Positions 1 to 12,127 of a DNA stretch of 64,000 nt are shown piece by piece. The position numbers were made by a program, and so were the translations under genes. The stretch is from Azolla caroliniana. Its lineage: Eukaryota > Plantae > Polypodiophyta. Where the stretch lies: assembly GCA_043228905.1 (NCBI GenBank), contig JBHGNT010000015.1, forward strand, positions 11,222,001 through 11,286,000. Reading direction: 5' to 3'. The stretch's first letter is position 1. Each line of letters starts with the position of its first letter. Under the pieces are notes generated by a model. That model saw only the letters and a list, made by a program, of their open reading frames with translations. It searched no databases and had not been told where the DNA came from.

Positions 1-146
1 TGGTTTAAATGGTTTAGTTTACCTTTTCTTTTAAATGGTTTGGTTTAAATGTTCGAATGTTCATAAACGGTTTGGTTTGGTTTTTGTTTTATATAAAGGG
101 TTTGGTTTGGTTTCAAGGCATAGAAACTGAACCAGGCCCATTGCTA
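1..146. mobile_element. End of a probable non-autonomous DNA transposon (hAT/MITE-like) abutting a gypsy RT
   Basis: Dense GGTTT/AAACC subterminal repeats ending ...GGCCCATTGCTA, directly followed by RT codons; the other end lies outside the window. Confidence 0.3.
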
Positions 147-2961
147 TGTGTATTAATTACCAACGCTTGAATAAAGTGACGATCAAGAATTCATATCCAT
201 TGCCCCAGGCTGACAATCTAATTGACCGTCTCTAGGGAGTTTGGTATTTTATAAAACTTGATCTCCGTACTGACTACCATCAAATTCGTATAAGTGAGGA
301 CGATGTTCCTAAAATGGCATTTCGTACGTGCTATGGCCATTATTAGTTTTTGGTTATGCCTTTTGGTTTGACCAATGCTCCGACTACATTTCAACAATAA
401 ATGAATGACATTTTCTGAGAACAACTTGGAAAATTTGTCGTTATTTTCTTGGATAATATTTTAGTTTATAGCCGTACATTTCAAGAACATGCTAAACATG
501 TCCGCTTTGTTTTACAAACATTGCATGACAAACAGTTTTATGTGAAGATCTCAAAATGTGAGTTCTTCAAGAAATCAATTACTTATCTTGGACATCTCAT
601 AACCGAACGAGGACTTGAAATTGATCCTTCTCGCATCGAGAAAATCAAGCTTTGACCCACTCTTCGGAATATTCGTGAAGTTCGATCATTCCTTGGTTTT
701 GTCGAGTTTTTTCGAAAATCCCTTCATAATTACTCCCAATTGACGACGCCGTTTACTGATCTTCTAAAAGGTCAAACGCGTAAGTCTACAAAACCTATTG
801 TCTGGAATGCCACACTAGACCTCACCTTTAAGGAACTCAAGGACTTGGTGTGCAAGGTTCCTTCGCTTCTTTTAGCTGTTCCTTCAAAACCTTTTGAGGT
901 TGAAACCGATGCAAGCGATTATGCTATTGGTGTTGTCTTATATCAAGATGGTAAACCAATAGCATTCGAGAGTAAGAAACTTGATTCTGCTCAATGTCAG
1001 TATACCGTTTAAGAAAAGGAGTTATTTGCAGTTATACATGCACTCCAAACATGGCATCATTATCTTTATGGAAATCGTTTTGTGGTAACTACGGACAAGA
1101 CCTGAAAGGTCGTAAGGAAAGATGGGCTGATCTCATGCAGGACTTTGATTTTTCCATACGATATCGTAAAGGTTCCATGAACATTGTCGTGGATGCACTA
1201 AGTCGCATCCGTGAAGTTAACATGCTTAACTTCACTAAAATAACATTAGATCTTTATGATCACCTTTGAGGAAAGTATCTTGATGACAGTTATCTTGCGA
1301 AATATTGGGCAAGAGTTGAGTTTGGAACAGACACCACCACATCCTCGAAGGAATACTTCCACATTGCTAATGGTCTGCTCTACCGTAATGGGAAGGTTTG
1401 TGTTCTAGATTTGCCTGAGGTCAAAAAGAGAATTATTTTTGAATGCCATGATGCACCCTCTGCGGGGCACCCTGGAATACATCGTACACTCGTTCTCATC
1501 TCCACTCAATTCTATTGGCCTAAGATGCGTACTGACATACATAGCTATGTGACTAAATGTCACCAATGTCAGGTTAACAAAGTTGAGCGACTTTAAGCCG
1601 CAGGACTTTTACATCCCTCGGACATTCCCAATAATAAGTGGGAAAGTATATCCATGGATTTTATTGCTAGTCTTCCTCGCATCCAAAAAGGCCATGATGC
1701 CATCTGGGTTGTGGTTGATAGACTAACTAAAATAGCCAAATTTATTGCTACGAAAACCACGGTGACAACTCCTGAATTGGCTTACCAATTCGTTGACGAG
1801 TTATTTCGTTTTTATGGGTTACCGATGGATATCGTGAGTGATCGAGATCCAAAGTTTACTAGTGACTTCTAGACGCAAGTCTTTAAGAAGTTAGAAACTA
1901 CGTTGAGCATGAGCTCCACAAATCATCCTCAATCCGATGGACAGACAGAATGAGTAAATCAAATTATTGAGGACATGCTTCAAGCATACGTTGGTACAAA
2001 ACCAACAAAATGGGAACATTATCTCCCAATTTTGGAGTTTGCTTATAACAGCTCCAAGCATACATGGACAAGATATAGTCCTTTTATGTTGATGTATGGC
2101 TTTCAGTCACGAGCCCCGATTGATGTTAATATACATCATGATGAGTTGCGAAGTACGCAAAACTTTCTTCGGGATATGCAAGATATGTTGCATATTGCAC
2201 GTGATAATATAAAAACAGCTCAAGATAGAGCGCTTTTTTATGCCGATCATCATAGGCAACCTCGTGTATTCAACCGTAGACAAAAGGTATTTTTACGTGT
2301 ACCTCACAATTCCAAGACATTGTCTTAGGGTAAGTGCGCTAAGTTAGCCCCATGGTTTTTTAGACCTTTTACAGTCCTCAAACACATTGGGTAATCAGCC
2401 TATTGTCTCGCTCTTCCTGATGGTGTTGAAATTCATCCAGTTTTTCATGTGAGTCATCTAAAAGAACTTCTAGGTTCTGGCGACAATACAGTTACAATTG
2501 AAACTCTGGTTACTTCTAAAGAATTATCTTCTAAACCACATGTACTAGAAAGAATTCTCGATGTTAAAACAAAAAAATTACGTACTAAAGAAATCCGAGA
2601 ATTTAAAATAAAATGGATGGATAAATCAATAAAAGACGCCACATGGGAACGTGAAAATACTCTTAGAACTAACTTCCCTAACTTTCCATTGCAAGAGTGC
2701 AATGTTTTAAAGAGGCATGACCATATAATATCCCGTGGTGAGAATTTACCGTAGTATTCTATACACATGGATAAGTGTGAGGGTTAAACAAGAGTGTAAA
2801 GAAGGGGAGGATTACTTTTAATCCTCGGGATTGAGACAACCCATTAGGCCAAGTGTGAACTTGCATGGGGGCCTTGGGTATTGCTATAAATAAAAGGCCT
2901 AGCTACCCTCATTTCATCATCTTTTGACTACGTTGAGACTGTGTTTCGTGGTGGTTGAACT
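147..2961 (+). mobile_element. Degenerate Ty3/gypsy chromovirus, 3' portion (RT-RNaseH-integrase-chromodomain plus start of 3' LTR at ~2724)
   Basis: Fragments [65 protein letters not shown] and chromodomain ERILDVK..KIKW..DATWE; many stops and frameshifts; TATAAATA near 2885. Confidence 0.88.
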
Positions 2962-3451
2962 TGTTGAGAACAAGACGTTCCTTATGTCTGACGCTCGGCC
3001 ACAACCGAGATTCTTTTCATACACAGAAAAACAGGTAATGAAACGCGACACAAAGGGGAGAAATGGTACACAGGAGGTTTACGTGGAAAACCCCAAAATA
3101 AGGGAAAAACCACGGCAGCCCACAGGCTGCAAACTGTCACTATGTAGGAATATACAACAGTGAGTTCACTAAGGCAACGACCTCGTGCTCTCAGATCTTC
3201 GCCACAGGCGGCGGTTACAACAGAGGCAACGACCTCGTCTCTCTCTCTCTCTCTCTGTATAGTTACGCGCTCTCTCTTCTTCTTGCACCAACAAGGAAGA
3301 ATAACGACAACAAAAAAAACAAAAACAAAGTTTGCCCTAAGTCATATTTATACTAATATGACTTTTCGGCTATTTACAAATGTAGCCTCGATGGGCTCTC
3401 AGAAACATATTTACGAATATGTCTCTTCCTCCGGTTCATACTGGGCCTACA
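2962..3451 (-). mobile_element. Solo LTR of copia family A with non-matching flanks
   Basis: TG...CA termini; shares ACGTGGAAAACCC..GGGAAAAACCACGG, GCCACAGGCGGCGG and GCCCTAAGTCA blocks with LTRs at 30195 and 34903; flanks GAACT vs CCATC. Confidence 0.7.
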
Positions 3452-3656
3452 CCATCCGGCTCTCCGCAGTCGTGTAATCCTTGGCCGTCGTTTCTTCGTA
3501 AGACAAGAAGGTGACTTGTTTCGCACCTTCTCTCTCGGTACCGTCATACCGAACCTTAGCCTTTGTATCGGCCACTTCATTAACCCGCATTTGTTGGAAG
3601 GTCTCTTCTTCCTCGATCATCCCCATGGGCCATCTTGTTGTCGTCGATATTCTCGC

Positions 3657-4265
3657 TCACCCCTTATCGTGTAGTCGGCATACACTTTCCACTTTGCTCC
3701 AATCCTCGATGAGGCCATTTGCACCATCATCTTCTTCAAGTTTGAGGCCGATTTCCATCCTTTCCATTCGATCGATTGACTTCACGAACATAAGGACCTT
3801 ATCGACCCCCACCAGTCTTTGTTCCCGCTTCGAGAGTTGAGAAAAATGATGCTCGAACTCTACGAATTCTTGTGTCGCGCCTTGGTGGGTCTTCGCTGAT
3901 GTCACCCATTGGTCGAAGTTGCGTCGATCTCGTCCCTTCAGTCTCTCATAGCCATATTCCTCCAATAGAGCCTTCTCGAAAGTCTCCCACGAATCATGAG
4001 CTTCTAGAAGCTCTTTTACATCTTTGAAGATCGGATGAGACACCACTCGACAAAAGTACTCCAACCTCATAGCTTCGTCCACACCTCTTGAATCCATCTC
4101 CGCATTGTAGACTTTTCGAAAACTTTGGACTTTAGCGCCGTTGAAATAGCTCACTCGCTCGACTACGCTATCGACGGCTTGTTGGGCTTCATTTCGTCTT
4201 TTCCCTTCATTCAAAAACTCCATCATCCTTTTTGACATTGCCTCCATGAGATATTCGCCATCCAT
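3657..4265 (-). CDS. gag: Gag N-terminal region of element E2
   Basis: ORF starts just after the PBS; homologous to 9024-9284 and 29458-29913 (RVS.FNG, W..FE..LL..Y, KVL.FVKS.D, GL..DW..V). Confidence 0.65.
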   Translation of the reverse strand: MDGEYLMEAMSKRMMEFLNEGKRRNEAQQAVDSVVERVSYFNGAKVQSFRKVYNAEMDSRGVDEAMRLEYFCRVVSHPIFKDVKELLEAHDSWETFEKALLEEYGYERLKGRDRRNFDQWVTSAKTHQGATQEFVEFEHHFSQLSKREQRLVGVDKVLMFVKSIDRMERMEIGLKLEEDDGANGLIEDWSKVESVCRLHDKG

Positions 4266-4920
4266 CTTCGTCCTCCCCTGCTGCTCTTCATGTTGGGGTC
4301 ACCAAATGATGTCGCGAAGATTCGCGCGTGCGTGTGCTACTCGAGCGACCACCGGGGTCTTGGACTGGGGAGGATGTTTGCAGAATTATCGAAAACATGA
4401 CGATCAATGTAAGATTTGATGAAATTTGTTCACTTGAGAAGAAGAAGGATTGTACACTTGAGAAGTAGAAAAAAATGAAGAAGATAAAGACAAATATAAT
4501 TATATTGATGATAATGGTGTTGGTGATATCACATATTGAGCCCCCCTTACACAAGCCCAACTAGAGGCTTTTATAGGTCTTTCCATGCTTGTGACATGCA
4601 CAAAACCATGGTTTTGTGCACACGGTTTTGCTTATGTCATGCACAAACCATGGGTTTAGAACCATGGTTTTGTGCACATGGTTTTCTATGTTTGTTTCAT
4701 CTATAATTCATATATAAAAAGGAAATACATAGAATTTACACTATATGATAGTTGTCTTAATGGTAAGGCAATCATCTTGTATCTTAGAGGGGCAAGGTTC
4801 AAACCTTGCTTGCACCCCTGTGTATGAACTCAAGTGCCACTAGGCCTTAGGTTTATTTGCTAAGTGCATGTGCAATGTTGCACATCCTTGGTTTATTCGT
4901 CTCACTCGGTTTCACACCGT

Positions 4921-5711
4921 TGTCGCGTTGTTACGCGCGTGCGTGGAGAAAGGCGGGACCACGGGGGTCTTGGACTAGAGAGTGACGGAGCGTAGGAAGT
5001 CGTACTTCACCGTTTCCGCGGCATCCCAGAAGCACACCGGAGGCAACCAAAGAGAGAGAGAGAAAGAGAGGGAGCGTGCGCTTAACACCGACTCACATAC
5101 ACACACACACACGCACACAGGCTGACCCGGCTCACACCCTTATGTACAGGAAACGCAGGAAAGGGGAAGCACCCGACACCAACAGAGATGCGAATATACA
5201 CAGACAGACGCAAATGTATATATATAAGAGGAAGAATACATTCCCGGCTTCGAGCCGGACCAAGGTAGGTTACAGTAGTCTTCAACTGCCAAGCCACCGG
5301 TCGTGGAGCTCACGGGCTTGTCGCGCCGAGCGGGGTCTTGCGCAGGAGACGAGCTGAAGCAAAACCTAAGCGAACCCAAAGGGGGAGAAGAAGAAGAAGA
5401 AGAAGAAGAAGAAGAAGAAGAAGAAATGTAACTAACCCAAAATCTAACGGTATACCCTCTAGCGCAAAATGGGCAACCCCTTTCACGAAGGGCGCTCCCT
5501 TCCTTTTATAGAACAAGGAGAGGGATGTGTTACAATGTGGGATAAATCCCGACTTACATGGGATCGTCTGTCCCGACTTGACTACTCTTCAGCGCCATAA
5601 AGACGCCCTCGTTATTCACACTAAATGTACATGGGTGAGCACACATGCTGCACCCCGCCGATGTAGCCAATGTTTCCCGGTTTCCGCCTCTGGCCAAAAT
5701 TCTCCACGACA
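4921..5711 (-). repeat. 3' LTR of E1 (~790 bp, with GA, CA and GAA microsatellites)
   Basis: Near-identical to 9427-10224. Confidence 0.9.
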
Positions 5712-5890
5712 TCCGCCCCCACCTAACCGCACGTCCACCGGTACGTGCCAAATCCGGTGAAGGGTGAGCACACATGCTGCACCCCGCCGATGTAGCCAAT
5801 GTTTCCCGGTTTCCGCCTCTGGCCGAAATTCTCCACGACATCCACCCCCACCTAACCGCACGTCCACCGGTACGTGCCAAATCCGGTGAA
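5633..5890. repeat. 129-bp tandem duplication spanning the PPT/3' LTR junction of E1
   Basis: 5633-5761 repeated at 5762-5890; GGGTGAG at all three boundaries. Confidence 0.9.
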
Positions 5891-8800
5891 GGGTGAGAGA
5901 TTTCAGCCGGTGAGAAACCGGTCTTCCGTGATCCGCATCCCGGCTCGCTGCCGGTTTGATCCGTTGGCTTCGGTTCTTCCTTTGCGCTTACCTCCCCGTA
6001 GGCTCGTTCGACCTGTCGATGGGTCCTCTGCCGCGATCTCCGTAGTACGCGTACTTCCGCTGGTCCTTGTTTGGCCGTATGAACGCCCCGCTCCCCGCCG
6101 TATGCCCGATGTCCTCCACTTGGGGAATGCCCGTAGCGGCCCGCTTGGCCTCCATTGATCATTCGCGTCGTCCTGATTGCCGTCCCATGTTGTTTCGCGT
6201 TGCCCTCGTCCTCTCGCCGCCACCTTCCTTCTCCATGGTCTTACATTGCCGCATCGGCTCGAACCACCACGGTCTCCGGAACGGTGTGGAGGATCCCTTT
6301 CTGGCCTTTTCCGCGCTACCTCTAAACCGCGCAAACTGTCTCCGCGCTCACCTTCCCGCTCCGGCACCCCCGTGTGCCACATACCCTCGTCCGTTGTTTG
6401 GCACTGCCTGTGCCGTACTCTAGTTCATTGCACGCCTTGTCGGCCCCCCTTTTTCGGCCAGATCGTGCATCGCCGCTCACCCGCATACTAGTGTCCTTCT
6501 CATCCGAGGAACACCCCGTAGTAGCCCACTTGGCTCTTCCCGTCTTCGTGCTGCTGCAACAGGTCCCGAGTCTTCCTCTTGCCGTTGTCCCCTCGCCCCC
6601 ACTAGCTTGTCACCCCGGGCTTGCCGTGTCAGTCTTCGCTACTTCGACGGAGCTCTCGAGATCTACAAAAGCGAGTGTGGAGGATCCTCCTCCAGCCTCT
6701 CTTGTCATCCCCTAACTCCGACCCTGTGCAGTCCACTACGCACTCGTCACCTCGTTCTCGACACCTCCCTTGTGCCGTTTTCCGCCCGCACCGAGCACCG
6801 TTCCGCAGTCACGCTTCGATCCGGCCCGCGATGGCCACTTGCGAGACTCTTGTTACGTCCCAGGTGTGCCTTTTCGGCCTGACACACCTCCCCTTGTTTG
6901 CCCCTACCGGCTCCTTCCGAAACCGTAACCGGCCGGTGAGGGTTTCGCACTTCGTCCGTCTGTCTTACCGGCTCCCTATCCGCTACCTCGTGTCGTTGGG
7001 TCCCGTTCCCTGCCGCCACCGTCCTTCTCCCTAGGTCTCATGTTGCCACATTGGCCGAACTGCCGGGGTCTCCGGATCGGTGTGAGGGTCCCATAGGACC
7101 GGGATCCGTTTCTATGCTTGCCGAAATTCGGGTGTCTTTTGTTTGAGTCCCTCCCGGACTCTCCTCGTGTCTTCCGCGTAGTCGGGTCCCGCTTCCCGCC
7201 GCCACCACCTTCTCTCTCGGTCTCATGTTGCCACGTTGGCCGAACTGCCGGTTTCTCTGGTTAAGTGTGGGGATCCCATAGGACCGGACTTCCTTACGCC
7301 CACTAACTATGCCGGAAGGTCCGGTTTGGTTCGTGGTCGCCTCGCCGGCGTGATACCTCCTTGCCATTAGTCGCCTCCTGTCGTCCGATCACGTTCTCCT
7401 GCCGCCACCGTCCTTTCCGATAGGACTCACGTCGGCTCTCGGGCCGACCGCCGGATCGGTGTGAGGATCTTCGTAGATCGCCCATCCGTAGCCCTTTGCC
7501 TTTGTCCCCTCGCTGCCACCGTTCGTCACTTTAGGCCGACCGCCGGTTTTTGTAGAACCGGTGTGAAGGATCCTCCTTGGGCCTCCGATTTGTCTTCCTC
7601 ACCCTGTTCCAGGTCGTCCTTTTTCGCATGCCGAGAGGGCGGTTTACTTCGCACCCTCTCCCGTGGTACCGACGTACCGTCTCCTCGGCCTCTTCGTAGG
7701 CCTGCTCTCTTCCTCCCTCCCGGAATGGTCGCCTGGGAGTCCGCTCTGCCCGGTTCTCGTCCGGGTCCATTCGTCCTTCCCCGGATTGCCGGATCCCGTT
7801 CTCCTGTCGCCACCGATCTCTCCTATAGGACTCACGCTTGCACTCGGGCCGACAGCCGGATCAGTGTAAGGATCTCTGTAGGGCCGGTCTTCGTTCTCCT
7901 CTTCGTCCTTTGTACTTCTCCCGAACTTGTCGTTGCTCTCCTTGATGCGTTCCCGCCTCCATCTTCCATCTCTTTCGGTCTTACGTTGCCCCGTCGGCCG
8001 AACAACCGAAGTCTCCGGATAAGATGTGGCGTAATCGATTTCACAACGTCTTTTTGCAACTCGTCCGGGCCACCGCCCCTTTTAGTGGTGTCGGTGGATA
8101 GCATCCGCTCTGTGATCAATCAAGCCCTGTCTGAGCTTGATTCTCCAATGTCGGGAGTTTCGGCTCCGATGCTGACCTTGCCAGACTCGTTCTGAACCTT
8201 TGATCACCTTTCTTCGAATTCTAGAACTTCGCCTGGTCGGTCTTTCTCCCCATGTAAATGAGGGCGGCTTGTCCCGCACCCTCTCCCGTATCGGCACCTT
8301 TATGCTAATTCTGGCCCCGATCGAACAAGCCCCGACCAGATCACGCTCCACCCGTACCGGAGCGTCGCGTGGTTCGGTCCCTGGTCGGGTCGTTCCTTGG
8401 TCTCCTTGTCACTCCTTTCGCTGGACATCTCCCATCCATCTTCACTGGCATCGTGCCAGGACTCCTCGGTACCGCCATCCATCTCCTCGGTCTTACATGG
8501 GCATACAGGCCCGAACGCCGAGTTCTCCGGAATCGGGTCCATGGGCTTTCGTCCGCCTCTTCCCCGTATCGTCTCGCCGGTGATTCTTGGCCTTTCGCTG
8601 CCGCCTTCCTCCGCTTGGGACTCACGTGGGCACTCGGGCCTGACTGCCATCGTCTCGGGAGCAAGTGTGGGAAGACACAAAGAATCGCCCGTCCGTTTTA
8701 CGCCCTTGTCCGTAGCCACCGACTCTTCGTGGTCGGTGGTCGTCTTCTTACTGATCGCGCAAGCCCATCTTGGCTCGCTTCTCTGATGACCGGGGTTTCG

Positions 8801-9023
8801 GGCTGACACGGCCGACACCGCTGGTTCCAATGTTCTGATCCCGCGATCGGTATCTCGGCCTCGTCCTTGGCCGTTCTATCTCCGCAAGTTGAGAGGGCGT
8901 TTTCTTTCGCGCCCTCTCCCGTGGTACCGTGGTACCGTGGTACTGATCTTCCGCCGTCGCGTGGGGCAAGTCCGTCTCCTCAGTCTCGGCTTGCGGCCTT
9001 GATCTGTCCTCTTCTCGGCTCGC

Positions 9024-9389
9024 TCATTGTCTAGCCGTTGGCACACCCTTCCGACCTTCGACCAGTCCTCCGTAAGCCTTCAGGAGCGCCTCTTCGAAGG
9101 TCTCCCTCGAACTATGAGCCTCACAGAGCTCGTTTACTTCCGCATGCATCCGGACAGCTACGACCCGACAGAAGAACTCCAGCCTCAACGCCTTGTCTAT
9201 GCCACGCTCCTCCATATCCGCGTTGTAGGATCCCAAGTAAGACGGGACTTTGTCCCCGTTGAAACGACTGACTCTTTCGACCACTTGCTCAACCGCTGGT
9301 TACGCTACTTCTCGCCTCATCACCACTCGTGCCGACTCCAACACCACTTTGGCCACCATCACCGCGAGGTCGTCGTCTTCCGACTCCAT
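9024..9389 (-). pseudogene. gag: Internally deleted gag fragment of E1
   Basis: ATG at 9389, an in-frame stop, VVERVSRFNG...ALLKAYG fused out of frame to TEDWSKV; the central part present in E2 is missing. Confidence 0.7.
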
Positions 9390-9404
9390 CCTCCCTTCCC
9401 GCCT

Positions 9405-9422
9405 TTTACGTCGGGTTCACCA
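9405..9422 (-). promoter_or_regulatory. Primer binding site complementary to the tRNA-Trp 3' end
   Basis: Plus strand TTTACGTCGGGTTCACCA matches the plant tRNA-Trp(CCA) 3' end TTCACGTCGGGTTCACCA (recalled) at 17/18; 4-nt spacer to the LTR. Confidence 0.8.
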
Positions 9423-9426
9423 AAGA

Positions 9427-10224
9427 TGTCGCGTTGTTACGTGCGTGCGTGGAGAAAGGCGGGACCACGGGGGTCTTGGACTAGAGAGTGACGGAGTGTA
9501 GGAAGTCGTACTTCACCGTTTCCGCGGCATCCCAGAAGCACACCGGAGGCAACCGAAGAGAGAGAGAGAAAGAGAGGGAGCGCGTGCTTAACACCGACTC
9601 GCACACACACTCACACACACACACACACAGGCTCACCCGGCTCACGCCCTTATGTATAGGAAACGCAGGAAAGGGGAAGCACCCAACACCAACAGAGACG
9701 CGAATATACACAGACAGACGCAAATGTATATATATAAGAGGAAGAATACATTCCCGGCTTCGAGCCGGACCAAGGTAGGTTACAGTAGTCGTCAGCTGCC
9801 AAGCCGCCGGTCAGGGAGCTCACAGGCTTGTCGCGCCGAGCGGGGTCTTGCGTAGGAGACGAGTTGAAGCAAAACCTAAGCGAACCCAAAGGGGGAGAAG
9901 AAGAAGAAGAAGAAGAAGAAGAAGAAGAAGAAGAAGAAATGTAACTAACCCAAAATCTAACGGTATACCCTCTAGCGCAAAATGGGCAACCCCTTTCACG
10001 AAGGGCGCTCCCTTCCTTTTATAGAACAAGGAGAGGGATGCGTTACAATGTGGGACAAATCCCAACTTACATGGGATCGTCTGTCCCGACTTGACTACTC
10101 TTCAGCGCCATAAAGATGCCCTCGTTATTCACACTAAATGTACATGGGTGAGCACACATGCTGCACCCCGCCGATGTAGCCAATGTTTCCCGGTTTCCGC
10201 CTCTGGCCGAAATTCTCCACGACA
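9427..10224 (-). repeat. 5' LTR of E1
   Basis: Direct repeat of 4921-5711, adjacent to the PBS. Confidence 0.9.
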
Positions 10225-12127
10225 CTGTAGCCAAAAATCATCACGACAGCGGCAACACTAGGTACGACTCGACGCCATGCTGGTGGTATGGGACGCCGAT
10301 TTAGGCTCGCGTCCGTCTCAATCCGTTCGCTCGGGGGTGGTCGGGTGAATCGACACCCTTCTTTCTCTGTCTTCTTTCTATCTATCTATCTATCATTCTT
10401 TTCTCCTTATCATACGCTTACATTAGATCATATCTCTAATACCGATCCACCAGGCAACCTCGTTGGAAGTACCTCTCGCCCAAGAGGTACTCGCATTACT
10501 ACTGCTCGGTTCCCTCCCGGATAGTTGGGAGACACTAGATTTCATGTTGGGCAACGTTGGGCCGGAAGGAAAGCAGTTGTTCCTAGCAAGGGTAAAATCA
10601 AGCTTGCTAGATGAAGAGGCTCGTGGGAAGGACCGGGAATCTAGAACCGATCCGAAGGTCTTGGTCACGGAAGATGACCACAACTAGGGAAGAGGCTGGT
10701 ATCGGTCCCCAAAACCGGCACAAATCGGGGACGAGGTTGAAGTCAAGGGGGAGGCCTACTTGGATCTACTGTGGGAAGCCGGGGCACTTCCAGAAGAACT
10801 GTCGGTATTTCCAGAAACAGAAAGAAACCGACACCACCAATTCGAAGAAGAGTTCGGACCGAAATGGTTCGGATCGGAGAGGCCCGGATCGGAAAAGAAC
10901 GTCGGCAATCGTGACAAGTGAAGAGGAATTGATGCTCATTACCAAGGAGAATGAGTTAAACCTTGTCGGCGACGAGACAACATGGATTGTCGATTCCGAA
11001 GCATTGTTCCATCTGACACTGGATTGGAAATGCTTCTCATCCTACAGAGCTAGTGATCATGGTTGTCTCCGGATGGGGAATGAAGGTACATGCTGAATTA
11101 TCGGCATAGGAGATGTGATGGTGACGACATCAACCGGATGCAAGTTGCTGCTGAAGGATATTAGTTGGTCGGCTAGATGATGACGGCTACATGGGTAGCA
11201 TCCGGAACGGAGTCATGAAGTTCTGCAAAGGGAGCCTAATAGTGGCTCGAGCCTAGAAGGTCAACACACTGTACTTGATGAATGCCCGGATATGCTAGGA
11301 AGAAGTGAACGTTGCATCCAACACTACCAGTGAGCTGTGGCACAAAAGACTGTGTCATATGAGTGAGAAGGGGATGAAGAGGCTTGCCGAAGACGATCTT
11401 ATTCTGGTGAAGGACGTGCAACTTGAGAAGTCTGCCGATTGCTTGGCCGGCAAACAAAACCGAACCTCCTTCCGGTCAAGACCACGGATGAGATGGAATG
11501 CACCACTAGAGGTGGTGCATACCGATGTGTGTCAAGTGGACATGAAGTCACATGTCGGATCGCAGTACTTCTTGACATTCATAGACAACCACAACTGGAA
11601 GCTATGGGTCGCACCACTAAAGACGAAGATCAAGTGTTATCCATCTTCAAGGAACTCCACGCGAGTGGAAAGAGAAACCAGGGGGAAGCTGAAGGCGGTT
11701 CAAGCAGATAATGGAGGAGAATACCGAGGGCAGTTCGAGGAGTACTACCAGTCGAAGGGAATCCGGCTCAAATTTATCGTGTCGAAGACGCCGGAACTAA
11801 ACGGGCTGGTTGAACGTATAAACCAGACCATAATGGAGAGAGTCTGAAGCATGCTTGCACATGCAAAGTTACCCAAGATGTTTTGGGCTAAGGCGCTAAC
11901 GACGGCAACCTATGTGATAAACAAATCACCCTTAGTACACTTGGACGGACACACACCGCCAAGAGTATGGACCGGTAAGGACGTATGCTACCGACATTTA
12001 TAGGTGTTCGGATGTCTCGCTTATGTGCATGTGGCGAAAGAAAAGAGAGCAAAGCTACATCCGAAGTCCAGGCCATGCATATTCCTTGGATACGGTGATG
12101 ATGAGTTCGGTTACCGGGTGTGGGATC

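Larger units (their letters stand above)
4921..10224 (-). mobile_element. Complete non-autonomous LTR retrotransposon E1 (tRNA-Trp PBS, deleted gag, no pol)
   Basis: Direct repeats 4921-5711 and 9427-10224 (TGTCG...CGACA); PBS 9405-9422; purine-rich tract before the 3' LTR; 4-bp TSD CCGT/CTGT. Confidence 0.9.
3452..10248 (-). mobile_element. Truncated tRNA-Trp-primed gypsy-type element E2 (5' LTR 4310-4920 + 10225-10248, split by E1)
   Basis: LTR halves rejoin into a start matching LTRs at 50630 and 42493; PBS at 4287-4304; gag-like ORF downstream. Confidence 0.75.

Noticed and set aside
5554-8830. Many overlapping 100-244 aa ORFs on both strands
   Set aside because: GC-rich repeat sequence with few stop codons; no recognisable domains
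4921-10224. Retrozyme (hammerhead ribozyme in LTRs), suggested by the 4-bp TSD and non-autonomy
   Set aside because: No CTGANGA...GAAA core with plausible stems conserved in both LTRs was found by eye
10253-10460. Possible U5 end of another LTR
   Set aside because: Pyrimidine-rich and LTR-like, but no partner or clear termini in the window
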